NCBI RefSeq assembly: GCF_963921235.1
Contig: NC_086097.1
Span: forward strand, 195,798,001-195,862,000
Origin: Mobula hypostoma
Taxonomy: Eukaryota
Length of the DNA: 64,000 nucleotides
Reading direction: 5' to 3'
The position numbers and the translations under genes were made by a program. Below, piece after piece: positions 1-13,409 of this stretch. Below the pieces are notes generated by a model. That model saw only the letters and a list, made by a program, of their open reading frames with translations, was not told where the DNA came from and searched no databases. The first letter of the stretch is position 1; the number at the start of each line of letters is the position of its first letter.

Positions 1-385
1 TTCCCTGGAGGATTGGAAAATGAGGGGAAATTTGATCGAGGTATACACAATTACGAGAGATGTAGATATAGTAAATGCAAGCAGGCTTTTTTCACTGAGG
101 TTGGATAAGACTAGAACTATAGGGGACTAGATCTCATAGGTTAAGAATGAAAGGTGAAATCTGAGAAATCTGAGGGGGAACTTCTTCACTCAGAGAGTGG
201 TGCCAATGTAGAACGAGCTGCTTGCGTAAGGTGTGTTATGTGCAACATTTAAGAGACATTTGGATAAGTACGTGGATGGAAGGGGCATGGAGGTGTGTCA
301 TCAAGCTGAGAATCATTGGGACTAGGCAGAATAACAGTCTGACATGGACTAGATGGGCTGAAGGGCCTGTTTCTGTGCTGTAGTC
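1..385 (+). mobile_element. CR1 LINE 3' fragment (degraded)
   Basis: Translates to the CR1 ORF2 C-terminus (SLEDWKMRGNLIEVY...GNFFTQRVV). Ends in the 3' motif GGGCTGAAGGGCCTGTTTCTGTGCTGTA shared with other CR1 copies in the window. Confidence 0.8.
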
Positions 386-2443
386 CTCTAAGCTCCAACA
401 CATTTTCCATTTAGTTTTCTCCTAAACAAGTAAAATTGCCTGAAAGAATACTTGGGTTCAATTGGAAAACACTGCATATAAAAGGAAATGAGACCATTTA
501 TTGAAATATAAGTCATAGAGAGTTAGGTATATTTTGGTTACAAACAATTTATTTTTCATGGGCTATTATTTAGTCTTCTATAATTTTTCAAACAATGCAT
601 ATATGTGTGTTTTTCCTACATATATAAACATCTAATGTAACTAATTGTGATTCAATTCAAACGCATTTGTCCATTGAGATGTTGTTCCCAATTAAGTCCT
701 GATTATTAGTCGGCATTAGGGCCTCATAATTCAAGTGATGGCATATGATAGTCACAAACTACTACTCATAAGTCATTGCAGCAACAAGCTAAACACACTG
801 TGTAATGAGGAATTCCTCACAAATGATTGCTGTCATGTACACAGGAAAATATGAGTTTTCTACATATGCATCCCCTTTTCTTAATTACCTGTCATCTGTC
901 CAATTATGCACCATTAATCTAAGACATGTTTAAATATAAACAGAACATGCATCAACATCTGTGTATAACATTGATTAGATTTCTCGCTTATCAAGACAAT
1001 GGATATTAGGGGTGAAAAAATAGCATGGATTCCTAAAACACATTGCAACTCATATCAATGTCCCTTGGTCACTAATGGTATAGGCTTCATGCAGTATTAC
1101 GCAAGTTTTCTTTGTCCTTTCTAGTTATGCCCCAAATAATAAAAACATGCCATTTTTCCTTATTGGTGGGAAGAAGGCAGATCAGAGGAAAGCTCACTTC
1201 AATCGTTAACATTAGGATTCTTAGCATCCCAATCAATGCAGGAATAAGCCGCAGTCATACAATGTCAGTGATCAGAGAAGAAAAATAGAAGAACAGCAAA
1301 GAATTTGTGGCATTAGTTGGTAAATGCACTAGGTAATATTTTCCCACTAAAATGCATGTTATGTTGTGTTTACTGAAATAAATTCCCTGCAAACTTAATA
1401 CAATTTTCCAAATAAGTTAATGAAGGGGAGGAGGAGGTGAATGGAGAGATGTGACTGATGACAAATTATGCAAAACTTTTAATATACTGGTTTAATGCTA
1501 ATAAAAAATAAATCACAATTCAAGTTGAGTTCTACTAGTTACAAAAAAAAGGAAATATTTGATTCTTCTACATGGAAAACATTAAAGGAGCAGAAAGGCA
1601 AAATTAGTTGGTCCATTCACACACCAGAAACAAACTTAACACTGAATTATGCAATACTAACTACGCAAAGAATTACATCCAGTGCACAATGTGAAATGTT
1701 TTAAGCCCAAGATGTTCAAATCAGTGGTGTAACAAAAATAACTATTCAATGTACAACAATTGTATAAAATTTTACATTTAATTGTCAATTCCTGAGCTGT
1801 ATATAACAATTTTCCTGGTAATAATAATTCAGTGCTCCCTAAAGTACTTTGATTATCTGTTGGTGACAGTATCTGATATTTTCTTGTTCAGAGTTGCCAA
1901 CCAGTACATTTCAACAGGAAGAGGACTGTGTCTAAAGAAGATAGGATGAAAGCAAAAATGTTTTCTCACTCAGTATTTCATTATTTATTGGTGGTATGAG
2001 AGACAGGCACACTGAAAAGAACAATCAAAATAACACTCCTTGGTGCTGTCACAATGATTACATTTTGCTTTCAAGAGAGCACAACAACACATAATTGCAA
2101 TTTGTTTTTTTATCTAATTAGTATATGGTTGATCTTAAAATGAATATTCATTTATTGGAACATCTTGGGACTGGAAGGGTGGTATAAAATGAAACAAATT
2201 ATAATGAAATAAAACAATTATAATGAAAGAAATGTAAGGTTTAAAAATTTAAGCCTTTCGAATATCCTTGCAAAATCAGGTGCTCCTGCAGAGTAGCCTA
2301 CACCAATCAAATTCATAGTTAATTAAAATGGTACTCATAATTATCACAAGCAGAGGCTTCCATACAAACTATCTGGAACAGCCAAAAAAATAAAGTGAAA
2401 TAAGTCTTAAACTAGACAACGCTATTGAAAGTGCAATTACAGT

Positions 2444-3001
2444 TCAGAATCAGGCTTATTATCACCGGCATGTGACATGAAATTTGTCAACCTAGCAGCA
2501 GCAGTTCAATGCAATACATAATTTAGCAGAGAGAGAAAAAAATAATAAATAAAATAAAACACATTAATAAATAAACAAGTAAATCAATTACATATATTGA
2601 ATAGATTTTTTTTAATGTGCAAAAACAGAAATACTGTATATTTAAAAAAGTGAGGTAGTGTCCAAAGCTTCAATGTCCATTTAGGAATCAGATGGCAGAG
2701 GGGAAGAAGCTGTTCCTAAATCACGATGTGTGCCTTCAGGCTTCTGTATCTCCTACCTGATGGTAGCAGTGAGAAAAGGGCATGCCCTGGGTTCTGGAGG
2801 TCCTTAATAATGGACGCTGCTTTTCTGAGACACTGCTTGCTAAAGATGTACTGGGTACTTTGTAGGCTGGTGCCCAAGATGGAGCTGACTAGATTTACAA
2901 TCTTCTGCAGCTTCTTTCGGTCCTGTGCAGTAGCCCCTCCATACCAGACAGTGATGCAGCCGGTCAGAATGCTCTCCACAGTGCAACTATAGACATTTTT
3001 G
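2444..3001 (-). mobile_element. Rex1/Babar-like LINE, 5'-truncated 3' end
   Basis: ORF 2716-2979 (ESILTGCITVWYG...HALFSLLPSGRRYRSL). The 3' tail GATAATAAGCCTGATTCTGA matches the copy ending at 19785. Confidence 0.8.
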
Positions 3002-3213
3002 AGTGCTAGGAAGTCTGAACACTGTAGAATTTTCTCGATTTCTGCATAACTATAACCTAAAATGTGATCAGATGGTCATGTAAGTCCTAAAGCTAGAAAA
3101 GGAGAACCCAATTAAATAAATAACACAAAAACATTATACTTGTTCATTATTTATTAAGAAAAATGATCCAGTAGTACATGTATTTATTGGAAAATGTTTG
3201 TCAGCCTTTGCTT

Positions 3214-5611
3214 TCAGTAACAGGTGTGACCCCCTTGTACAGAAATAACTTCAACCAAATGTTTCCAGTGACTGTTGATCAGTCCTGCACATAGGCTTGG
3301 AAAAACTTTAGGCCATTCCTACTTACAAAACTACTTCACCTCTGGGATGTTGGTGGGTTTCCTTGCATGAACTGCTTGCTTCAGATCCTTCCACAACACT
3401 TCTATAGGATTAAGGTCAGGACTTTGACCTGGCCATTCCAAAACACAAATTTTCTTGTTTTTAAACCACTCTTGTTAATTTCTCTTGTCTTTCAGATAAT
3501 TGCAATTATCGGCCTGTGAGTTTGACATCAGTGGTGGGTAAGTTGATGGAAAGTATTCTTAGAGATGGTATATATAATTATCTGGATAGACAGGGTCTGA
3601 TTAGGAACAGTCAACATGGATTTGTGCATGGAAAGTCATGTTTGACAAATCTTACTGAATTTTTTGAAGAGGTTACTAGGAAAGTTGACGAGGGTAAAGC
3701 AGTGGAAGTTGTCTATATGGACTTCAGTAAGGCCTTTGACAAGGTTCCACACGGAAGGTTAGTTAGGAAGGTTCAATCGTTAGGTATTAATATTGAAGTA
3801 GTATAATGGATTCAGCAGTGGCTGGATGGCAGACACCAGAGAGTAGTGGTGGATAACTGTTTGTCAGATTGGAGGCCAGTGACTAGTGGTGTGCCTCAGG
3901 GATCTATACTGGGTCCAAAGTTGTTTGTCATATATATTAATGATCTGGATGATAGGGTGGTAAATTGGATTAGTAAGTATGCAGATGATACAAAGATAGG
4001 TGGAGGTGTGGATAATGAAATAGGTTTTCAAAGCTTGCAGAGAGATTTTGGCCAGTTAGAAGGGTGGGCTGAAAGATGGCAGATGGAGTTTAATGCTGAT
4101 AAATGTGAGGCGCTATATTTTGGTAGGACTAATCAAAATAGGACATACATGGTAAACGGTAAGGCATTGAAGAATGCTGTAGAACAGAGGGATCTAGGAA
4201 TAATGGGGCATAGTTCCCTGAAGGTGGAATCTCATGTGGATAGGGTGGTGAAGAAAGCTTTTGGTATGCTGGCCTTTATAAATCAGAGCATTGAGTATAG
4301 GAGTTGGGATGTAATGTTGAAATTGTACAAGGCATTTGTAAGACCAAATTTGTATTGTGTACAGTTCTGGTCACCGAATTATAGGAAAGATGACAGCAAA
4401 ATTGAGAGAAATCAGAGGAGATTTACTAGAATGTTACCTGGGTTTCATCTCCTAAGTTACAGTGAAAGGTTGAACAAGTTGGGTCTTTATTCTTTGGAGA
4501 GTAGAAGGTTGAGGGGGGACTTGATAGAGGTATTTAAAATTATGAGGGGGATAGATAGAGTTGACATGGATAGGCTTTTTTCCATTGAGAGTGGGAGAGT
4601 TTCAAACAAGAGAACATGAGTTGAGAGTTAAAGGGCAAAAGTTTACGGGTAACTTCAGGGGGAACTTCTTTACTCAGAGTGGTAGCTGGGTGGAACGAGC
4701 TTCCAGCAGAAGTGGTTGAGGCAGGTTCAGTGTTGTCATTTAAAGTTAAATTCGATAGCTATATGGACAGGAAAGGATTGGAGGGTTATGGGCTGAGTGC
4801 AAGTCGGTGGGACTAGGTGAGAGTAAGAGTTCGGCACGGACTAGAAGGGCCAAGATGGCCTGTTTCTGTGTTGTAATTGTTATATAGTTATATGGTTGCA
4901 TTTTTCAACTTCCATCAAGCTGCTACCCTGACAGTCTCCTGTAAAATGTCTTGATACAAGTTTGAATTCGTTGTTCCCTCAACAATTGCAAGCTGTCCAG
5001 GCCCTGAGGCAGCAAACTGCCACAAACCATGATGTTCTTCCACTATGATTCACAGTTGGGATGAGGTTTTGATGTTGGTGTGCAGTGCCCTTTTTCCTCC
5101 AAACATAGTAATGTGCATTTCTGCCAAAAAGTTTTGTCTCATCTGTCCACAGAACATTGTCCCAGAAGGGTTGTAGACATCCAGGTGTGCTTTTACAAAT
5201 TTGAGAAGTGCAGAATTGTATTTTTTTTTTGGAGACCAGTGGTTTCCTCTGTGGTGACTTTCCATGAACAACATTTTTGTTCAGTCTTGTTCTTATAGTG
5301 GACACATGAACAGAGACTTTAGCAAGTTCTAGAAATTTCTACAGGTCTTTTGTTGTTACCCTTGGATTCTTTTTCACCTCCTTCAGCATTGCACGTTGTG
5401 CTCCTGGTGTGATCTTTGTAGGATTCCCACTCCTAGGGAGAGTAGCAACGGTACTGTGTTTCCTCCATTTGTAGCCAATTTCTTTTACTGTGGACTGATG
5501 AACACTCAGGTCTTTAGAAATGCTTTTGTAGCCTTTTCCAGCTTCATGCATCTCTACAATTCTTCTTCTAAGATGCTCTGAAAGTTGTTTTGATCGAGGT
5601 ATGGTGCACAT
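3214..5611 (-). pseudogene. Tc1 transposase pseudogene (frameshifted, split by CR1)
   Basis: ORF 5339-5611 is a paired-like HTH (PRSKQLSEHLRRRIVEMHEAGKGYKSISK). ORF 4979-5305 contains VLWTDETK. WPGQSPDLNPIEVLW is readable at ~3390-3437 on the minus strand. Confidence 0.85.
3505..4895 (+). mobile_element. CR1 LINE, 5'-truncated, RT region to 3' tail
   Basis: ORFs 3516-3806 and 3846-4619 carry NYRPVSLTS, DFSKAFDKVPH, GVPQGS and YADD. Candidate TSD TTGCA at 3500-3504 and 4896-4900. Confidence 0.93.
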
Positions 5612-5959
5612 AAACAGATCTTTGTTGAGAAGATCAGGCTCTATCAGTCACCCACACCTCCAATCTCATCTCATTGATTGGAACACTTGACTCCAAATAG
5701 CTTTTGTAAACGGCATTATCCCAGTGGTTCACATACTTATTCCAACAAATACATATAATATTTGATCATTTTTCTCCAAATAAATAAAGTATAATGTTTT
5801 TGTGTTATTTATATAATTGATTCTCTATCTAGTTTTAGGACTTACTTGAAGGTCAGATCACATTATAGGTCATATTTATGCAGAAATAAAGAAAATTCTA
5901 TAGGGTTCACAAACTTTCTAGCACCTCATGTAGACCACCAACTAATAACACCTCTTAAA

Positions 5960-6009
5960 AAGTTAAGAAATTTCATGTCACATGCCGGTGATAATAAACC
6001 TGATTCTGA
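5960..6009 (+). mobile_element. Extremely short Rex1-like 3' tail
   Basis: AAATTTCATGTCACATGCCGGTGATAATAAACCTGATTCTGA is near-identical to 19741-19782. Confidence 0.75.
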
Positions 6010-6099
6010 AATATATCAACAATGTCATAATTGAATTTATTAAAAATGCAAATGGTACAGATCCTGCAGCTGCATGGGAGATTGCTCTGAGAAGGCTGA

Positions 6100-6520
6100 A
6101 AAATGGACCAAGTTCTCATGGAGGGAAAGGGGAGAAGGGAATCCCTTTGAAAAGCAGGAAGGGTTTGTCTACTTCTACTCAAATCCCTTAGTTTCTCCAT
6201 GAAAACATAGGGAAGGGGAAGAGGTCTGTAATTGTGTCATCTTATCGAGGTGGCAGAAACTATGGAAGAACATGGAGGCAGGTAGCATAATAAGGAAGGG
6301 CAAGGGAGCCCTAGTTTTGCACTGGGTGGAAGGTAAAGGGTTGAGAGCAGAACTGTGGAAAATGGAACAGATGAATTTTTTTGAGATGTGATTAAAAGCC
6401 CTGTGGACTATAGTGAAAAAGAGTCCTTGGTTAAAGGGAGGGGAAGGCATCTCCAAAGTGTGAGTGTCAAAAGGGTCATAATGCTCATGTTGGATACTGA
6501 GTTTTGGGATTTTGCCTTAG
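6100..6520 (-). mobile_element. Highly degraded Penelope-like fragment
   Basis: ORF 6175-6456 (FNQGLFFTIVHRAFNHIS...SALNPLP...RAPL) loosely parallels FKERGFPSSTINSA...SALTPS...RVPLVL of the 51-53 kb element. Confidence 0.5.
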
Positions 6521-7569
6521 TAATAGTAAATAAATTGTGTTTGACTTGGAAAGAGACTTGTGGGTGCTAGTATTTCCATGAACTTGCTGTTCTGGTCCTT
6601 CTTGGTGGAAAAAGTCACAGGTGGGAAGATATTGTCCAGTGTCTCTGAATAACAGTAGTGTGTTTTGTAAATGGTGTTGAACATGGAGTTTTTGGGAACT
6701 GCACCCAGGCAACTGACAAGTCACTCACTATACTCCTGATATGCCTTGTAGATAGGGAATAGAGTTTAGAAATCAACAGATATGTCACAGTAACTGCAGG
6801 ATACCCAGGTTCAATAATTCTGCAGCTACCCTAGTTGTGTTTCTGGTCAGGATGTTACTGTCGGGGAGCCATTGCTGATGATGTAATTGAATATCAATGG
6901 AAAGTGAGAGACTGTTGTTGGAGATAGCCATTATCAGCTATTTGCTGTATAATGGCATTAATATTAATCGTCACTTCCAATCCAAAACTTTAAAATTGAA
7001 CAAGTCTTGTTGCATACATGCAATAGGCACTTCAATTGTTCTAAGAGTTGGAAAGGGAACTGAAAACTGCAAATATTAAGAAACATTCCCACCTTGTCCT
7101 TATAAAGATCCAACTGACAATTGCCACATTTAGAATATTACCCTGAAGAATATCTGCAACAGACATTAATGAATGTATAGAATGTAATGTGATTGGTAAG
7201 TGAATTTCCACAGAGTAAACTATTACTTTTGACAAGGAAAGTATGGCGGGTCACATATTACTCAGAAAATCAAAAGACTGCCCAGAAAATTGGAATAGTG
7301 TACAAGTAGATAAATCTTTTCATACAGTATTTCAATGCAGGTAAGAAATTTTGGATAATATAGCATAAATAGAATGTGAAGGTTTTATAAAGGGCACAAA
7401 AGGATTCGCAAGGATGTCAACTGAAATTAAGCTAATAACTGTAAAGGTAGGATGAATAGGCAATGCCTCTCTTGAAAAGCAAAGTTTATCTAACAAAGGT
7501 TGTATAGAATATGTGCAGAAAGAGAAAAAGAGAGATAGAGTCACCACACACTAAACAGAGATGGTGTGA

Positions 7570-7830
7570 TTTTGTGCTAAATATACTGCATTGGAATCTA
7601 TGATGAGGGACATTATAACAGATCATGTTGAAAGGAATAATGGAATTCAGCAGAGTCAACAGAGATTTATGAAAGCAACATCTTGTCTGACTAATCTGCT
7701 GTAGTCTTTGAAGATGTGACTAGTAGAATTGATAACAGGGAACCAGTGGATGTGACATGTATGGATTCTAGGAAGGCATTTGATAATGAACCACATAGGA
7801 GATTGCTCAACAAAGTTGGAGTACATGGCT
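7570..7830 (+). mobile_element. Degraded CR1 RT fragment
   Basis: Remnants of SQxxFMKxxSCLTNLL and VDVxxMDxxKAFD motifs. Confidence 0.6.
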
Positions 7831-8277
7831 AGTACAAGCCATTTTAATTTAATTATTGTTAGTTTATTACTGTCACATAATAAATCTTGAACTTTATTTG
7901 TCTACCTGCACTGCACTTCCTCTGTAGCTGTCACAGTATATTCTGAATTCTGCATTTCTTTTTCCTTTTGTATTACTTGATATAACTACAATACTGTGGA
8001 ATGATTTGTCTTGATGGTATACGATCAAAAACTTCTTTCGCATCTCAGTGCATGCGACAATAGAAAAACTAAACCTATCCAAACCCTTTCTCAACTAGTT
8101 GCACCTATCACATGCAGCTCCTGCCTCACACCTCTTAATTCTGGCTATGCACCCTCTACATTTTTAGTCCTCATACAGGACCTCAACATGAAATGTTGAC
8201 TATCCACTTACTTCCACAAATACTGCCTGTAAGTTCCCCAAAGTAGATGGAATATGGGAATGAAGAGCTGTCTACCA

Positions 8278-9064
8278 CAGCGGTCCCCAACCACCGGACC
8301 GTGGACCAATACCAGGCCTCAAAGCATGTGCGAACGGGCCGTGAGGAAATGATATGAGTCAGCTGCACCTTTCCTCGTTCCCTGTCATGCACTGTGGAAC
8401 TTGAACATAGGGTTGCCAACTGTCCCGTATTTGCCAGGACATCCCGTATACTAGGCTAAATTGGTTTGTCCCATAGGGGACCGCCCTTGTCCCATATTTC
8501 CCCCGCTAAGGTAGAGCGTTCCTATGAAACCTTTCATGCCTAAATGGTGTGAAGTGAAGCAGCAATTACCATTAATTTATATGGGAAAAATTTTTGAGTG
8601 TTCCCAGACCAAAAAAATAACCTAACAAGTCTTATCAAGTAACTCAAAACCTAAAATAAATAACACTAACCTATAGTAAAAGCTGGAATGATATGATAAA
8701 TACACAGCCTATATAAAGTAGAAATAATGTATGTACAGTATAGTCAGGAAGATGAAGGCAAAACTGATTTGTGGGGAAAAAATCAGCACGTATGCGCATG
8801 CGCACACAAGTGCCCATGCAAGGCTTCATGGTCATGGTAGTCTTTCCTGGGGTAAAGTGTCCTGGGATTTGACTGTTACTTTTGTCCCTTTTTTGGGAGT
8901 GAGAAAGTTGGCAACCCTAACTGTAAAAGACATGTTGAGGTGAGTTTAACCCTACTTGAACACCACCACCGCCCCCCCCCCCCCCCCACCCCTGGTCAGC
9001 CAGTCCGCAAGAATATTATCAATACTAAACCGGTCCACGGTGCAAAAAAGGTTGGGGACCCCTG
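8278..9064. mobile_element. hAT-type non-autonomous element (MITE), Charlie-like ends
   Basis: TIRs CAGCGGTCCCCAACC / GGTTGGGGACCCCTG. Perfect 8-bp TSD GTCTACCA at 8270-8277 and 9065-9072. Confidence 0.92.
8408..8919. mobile_element. Nested hAT-like MITE (TAGGG termini)
   Basis: Perfect 13-bp TIR TAGGGTTGCCAAC / GTTGGCAACCCTA with subterminal GTCCC/GGGAC motifs. No clean TSD. Confidence 0.8.
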
Positions 9065-10904
9065 GTCTACCAAACTGAAAGAGAGAATGGGAATAAGTGA
9101 ATCCTTCTCAGTTTGGTAGACTGTACCGAGTTTATGACCACAGAGACTGGTACTTTGGCCCAGGTTTTCAACAATCTATGCGAATGATTATGCTGAGAAG
9201 ACCAAATGTCATATTCTAATTTTACTGATGTTACTAACTTGCATGCTATTGTGGATGTGGAGCAGGATTTAAAGAGTATGGACAAGCTCAATGAGTAGTT
9301 GATAATATGGTAGTTGGAATAGTGATGGAGTACATTTTAGTGAACACAACAGAAACTAATTTGTAACAACACAGATGAAAGAATAGAAAAAAGGAAATGG
9401 AAAAGAATGTCATCTGCAAGTTAGTTATTATATTCATGCTGCCCTGCTAACGCTTATACAGCAGACAGTTACCTTAGATATCATCCCTAATAACTCTACA
9501 ATCTCTTTAAGGTAATAGCTAGCTTCCTCAGGGTTTGTCACTAGCATCTGTCACATTCTACTAGCTGCACTCCCCATCCACTTATGAGCTGGCCATCACA
9601 ATATGGGATCATTCCCATGCAATAGCCTGGCGTTTGGGAGGAGAAACATGTTTGACTCTGGCATGAAAAGTGTAGGCACTACGTGGTTTACTTTCTTTCG
9701 CACATCCTGCTTCTTGCAAGACATATAATGGAAAGCCAAAAGGAGTTGCAACATGGGAAAGAATCAGCATTTATTTTTGGAACATAATTGAAATTCTCAA
9801 AACATTTGAAAGCAGTTGAGAGTTATCAGAAGCTCATGCAGAGCACTTCTGTATCACCACACGGTATTCAATCCCACTCCAAGGGTTTGAGCACTATTCC
9901 CTGAAGAGGGTTCAACCCATAAACCTCTGAAAGTAATAATAGCAGGTAAGGGCTATCGATTTTTAATAAATATAGAAAAGGGCAGTTGTCAATAGATGCA
10001 ATTGCATTACACCTTCTTTGCACACTTCAATGAAAAATAAATTCAGTTGTATAAGCAACAGCAAATAGCATCAATGTTATATCCAGCTTCCTGCCTCCTT
10101 TCATTTTTTACTCTCTTCCACCTGTCTGCCTAGGAGTTTGAGCTTCTTCCTCATAAGCAGTTGGAAGCTAAGTGGCAGGGAGTCCACCACCTGTTCCAAT
10201 TTTCTGTTTTCCATTATAAGTTATCTTACTCTTTAAGAGGAAATTGCACAGTATGAATTCCCGCTGGTTGCCATGACATATTATCCTACCCAGTTGACAG
10301 AAAGCAAAACACCAGAAAGGTGAGAACAGGTGCAAAGAAAAGGCAAGAAAATCCAAGAAAATCAGCAAAAGCCTTCTGCAAATCCATTCAAGTTAGACTT
10401 GAAGGGAAAAAGAGCATTTATAATCTTAAACACCTTCTTCCTATACATTGACAGCAAAATATTAGATAATTTTGAATGCTAGGGAGATGGTGAACAAAAG
10501 AATCCACAGTACATACTTGAAAAGGCACCAAAGTTTCTGCTTATCTTGTTCACTCTAGATCTTGCCTGTTTCTTTAGAAAGGAGGATGTAAAATGATGCA
10601 TTTAATATCTTGCTACACTTACTTTCAATGGCCATCTGTGCTATATTTGTTTTCCTTATCAAAGTTCATTAGCAATTCTTCCACTGAGTCAGTAAATTTT
10701 GAGTTTTGCTTTAACTTAATCCACCCTGTAAGAAATGGCGGGGATCAGGTTAGAGCTCAGCCAATTTTAATTGCTATCACATTCAATAGTTATGTTCAAA
10801 TGCATTAATGAGTTGTAAGATGTCAGCTCTGGAGATACACCTGACAGCAAAAGATAAACTTGATGAACAAATATGAAAATAAGTATTAAAAAGCTATATT
10901 AAAA

Positions 10905-11533
10905 AGGTGTACAGTGTATTGGCCTTCATTAATCACGGAATTGAATTTAGGAGCCGAGAGGTAATGATGCAGCTATATAGGACCCTGGTCTGAACCCACT
11001 TGAAGTACTGTGCGCAGTTCTGGTCGCCTCACTACAGAAAGGATGTGGAAACCATAGAAAGGGTGCAGAGGAGATTTACAAGGATGTTGCCTGGATTGGG
11101 GAGCATGCCTTATGAAAACAGGTTGAGTGAACTCGGCCTTTTCTCCTTGGAGTGACGGAGGATAAGAGGGGACCTGATAGAGGTGTATAAGTTGATGAGA
11201 GGCATTGATCACGTGGATAGTCAGAGGCTTTTTCCCAGGACTGAAATGGTTGCCACAAGAGGACACAGGTTTAAGGTGCTAGGGAATAGGTACAGAGGAG
11301 ATGTCAGGGGTAAGTTTTTTACTCAGAGTGGTGAGTGTGTGGAATGGGCTGCTGGCAACACTGGTGGAAGTGGATACAATAGGGTCTTTTAAGAGACTTT
11401 TGGATAGGCACACGGAGCTTAGAAAAATAGAGGGCTATGGGTAAGCCTAGTAATTTCTAAGGTAGGGACATGTTTGGCACAACTTTATGGGCTGAAGGGC
11501 CTGTATTGCGCTGTAGGTTTTCTATGTTTCTAT
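10905..11533 (+). mobile_element. CR1 LINE 3' fragment
   Basis: YCAQFWSPHYRKD, RVQRRFTRMLPG and YKLMRGIDHVDSQRLF. Tail TTTCTATGTTTCTA. Confidence 0.9.
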
Positions 11534-12216
11534 ATAACTGATACATCCAAATAGAAACTTAATGGCAATTATTTTGATGTAAGAATAACCACCAACTGTT
11601 AGTTTAATAAGGAAAAATAGGGAAAGAAAGACAAAAGTGAAAAGAAGAGTTTAATCTCAAAAATATGGAAATACCAGAATTTTAATGTTATGATTTTCAA
11701 CCAAAATAAGATTGGAGTAGCAACAATTAAAGAGTGAATAGGTGAACATGTTACCTGTTAATTGATCTGTGAAAGTGACTGAGATTGCAGCTTAAATAGG
11801 TTAGGATTGTGCACATTCAACAGATCTGAGTAATTATCCTTGACCTTCTGATAGCTGAGGCAATCAGTGGATTGTAAATTGCTTCTTTTCAGCAATACAT
11901 GTTCTTTCAGCCATTATTTCAAAAACCTTGAAGGCTGTATAAGCAAGTTAAGTTTGAATGAAATGAATTACATCTATACTTAGAACTGCCAGCTTTCATC
12001 AAACATATTTCAGAATGTTTCAACATTTAACCATTCCAGCTATGCTCGTATCCAACGTGCCAATCCCCAAAGTTCACACCAGTTTGAAAATTCTGCAATA
12101 GTAGAATTCCTTGGCATTCAGACAGCTGTTTTTCCCATTTCTGAAGCATTTGTAACAATAATTCTATGTACGTATATATAAAAAATTAATAGTGTGGAAA
12201 GGAGAAACATTTGGTT

Positions 12217-12909
12217 TGCAGCCCCCCTGGCCAGCCTCAGGGTCGCTCGGCTCGCTGTCGTCTAGGGAAACAGCCCTTGGCCCCGCCAAACTGGGTAATA
12301 GTTTGAGTGGATGCTGTGTGATGTACCCCACCCCGCCCAACAAACAATACACCAGATATGATTAAATGATTTACAGTTTATAGATATTACTGGAACTATA
12401 TAATTAATAGAGAATAAAATATAAAAGGAAAATAAAAGGCACCACACTTATCAAAGTTCAATCTCTTTATGCACAAACAGTTGGAGCTCAGGACCCTTCT
12501 TCTTCACCCTGCGACCCCTCGGACCACCTCGACTGGCCGCCTGGGACCAACAACAGTGGTCAACCAGACGCTCCACACGAGTCCGTCTCCATCTCCTCTC
12601 CTCGCCGAACACCCCACTCGGGGTTTGACTCCATTAGCAGACTCACAGCAACTGGTCCATCCTCTGTCTCTCTCTCCCACCTTCTGCCTCAAAACCCATG
12701 CAAACAGTATCTTCAAATACACCAAAAACATAACAACTATCCCAATTGGTTCGTAACATATTCTTATCACACTCTAACCCAAAACAAGCTGCTAGCGCAA
12801 GAACTTTCTCAGCGTTTAACATAACAAAGAAGCATTCCCAAGAATAACATAACAAAGAAGCCATTTTAATTAACCTACACAGTAACATAAAAGAACAAAC
12901 CCCCTTACA
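12217..12909 (-). repeat. 3' LTR
   Basis: Aligns end to end with 15728-16417. Minus strand reads TGTAAGGGG...GGGGGGCTGCA. Confidence 0.95.
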
Positions 12910-12922
12910 CTCTCACCCCCCC
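12910..12922 (-). promoter_or_regulatory. Polypurine tract (PPT)
   Basis: GGGGGGGTGAGAG on the minus strand immediately before the 3' LTR TG. Confidence 0.85.
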
Positions 12923-13409
12923 AAACAAAGTCATGTCCTCATGACTTCTAAATAACTCGCCAACCAGTCCTGCAGACACACAACACACACATACACAGAT
13001 ACACACAGTGACAGTGCTCCCCAAACAGTGGACCTTATGCCTGTCCCACAGGCGCTACATAGGCCAAACTATCTGGGAGCTTCCTAATCCTCCGAGACCT
13101 CCGTACCCCATCACCTAAACCCTAAAGGCTCAGAGACTACTAGGGATACCTCGGGCCTGCCTGCCAACTCCTCTCTCACTCAGGCCACCATTACAATTCG
13201 GAGCCCCCGGCCCGTGTCCAGGGCCCCACTTCTTTTCCTTCCTGATCCTGCCGCAACTCAGCCTGCCCACAGCTAGCCCTCCACACTACACCTGACTCAG
13301 TGGGAGAAGGGCCAAAGGTCTCTTTCTCAATCATGGGGAAGTTAGCAAAAGGTAGCATGTACCACATGTCCAGCACATCATCCTTCGACTCTGTATTCTT
13401 CCTCATTCC

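Larger units (their letters stand above)
2438..5932 (-). mobile_element. Tc1-like DNA transposon with ~200-bp terminal inverted repeats (TIRs), interrupted by Rex1-like and CR1 insertions
   Basis: 3003-3207 is the reverse complement of ~5722-5930. TACAGT terminus at 2438-2443 and TGTA at 5929-5932. Transposase remnants lie between. Confidence 0.88.

Noticed and set aside
1495..1704. 69-aa ORF in AT-rich DNA
   Set aside because: Short, with no motif, and a length compatible with chance.
2444..6009. Inverted Rex1-like tails (2444-2490 and 5960-6009) as TIRs of one large element
   Set aside because: Both are ordinary LINE 3' ends seen elsewhere in the window, and no shared flanking TSD was found.
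11755..11934. Exon-like 180-nt segment on the minus strand (AG...GT flanks)
   Set aside because: All three frames contain stops and no protein is recognisable. A non-coding exon cannot be excluded.
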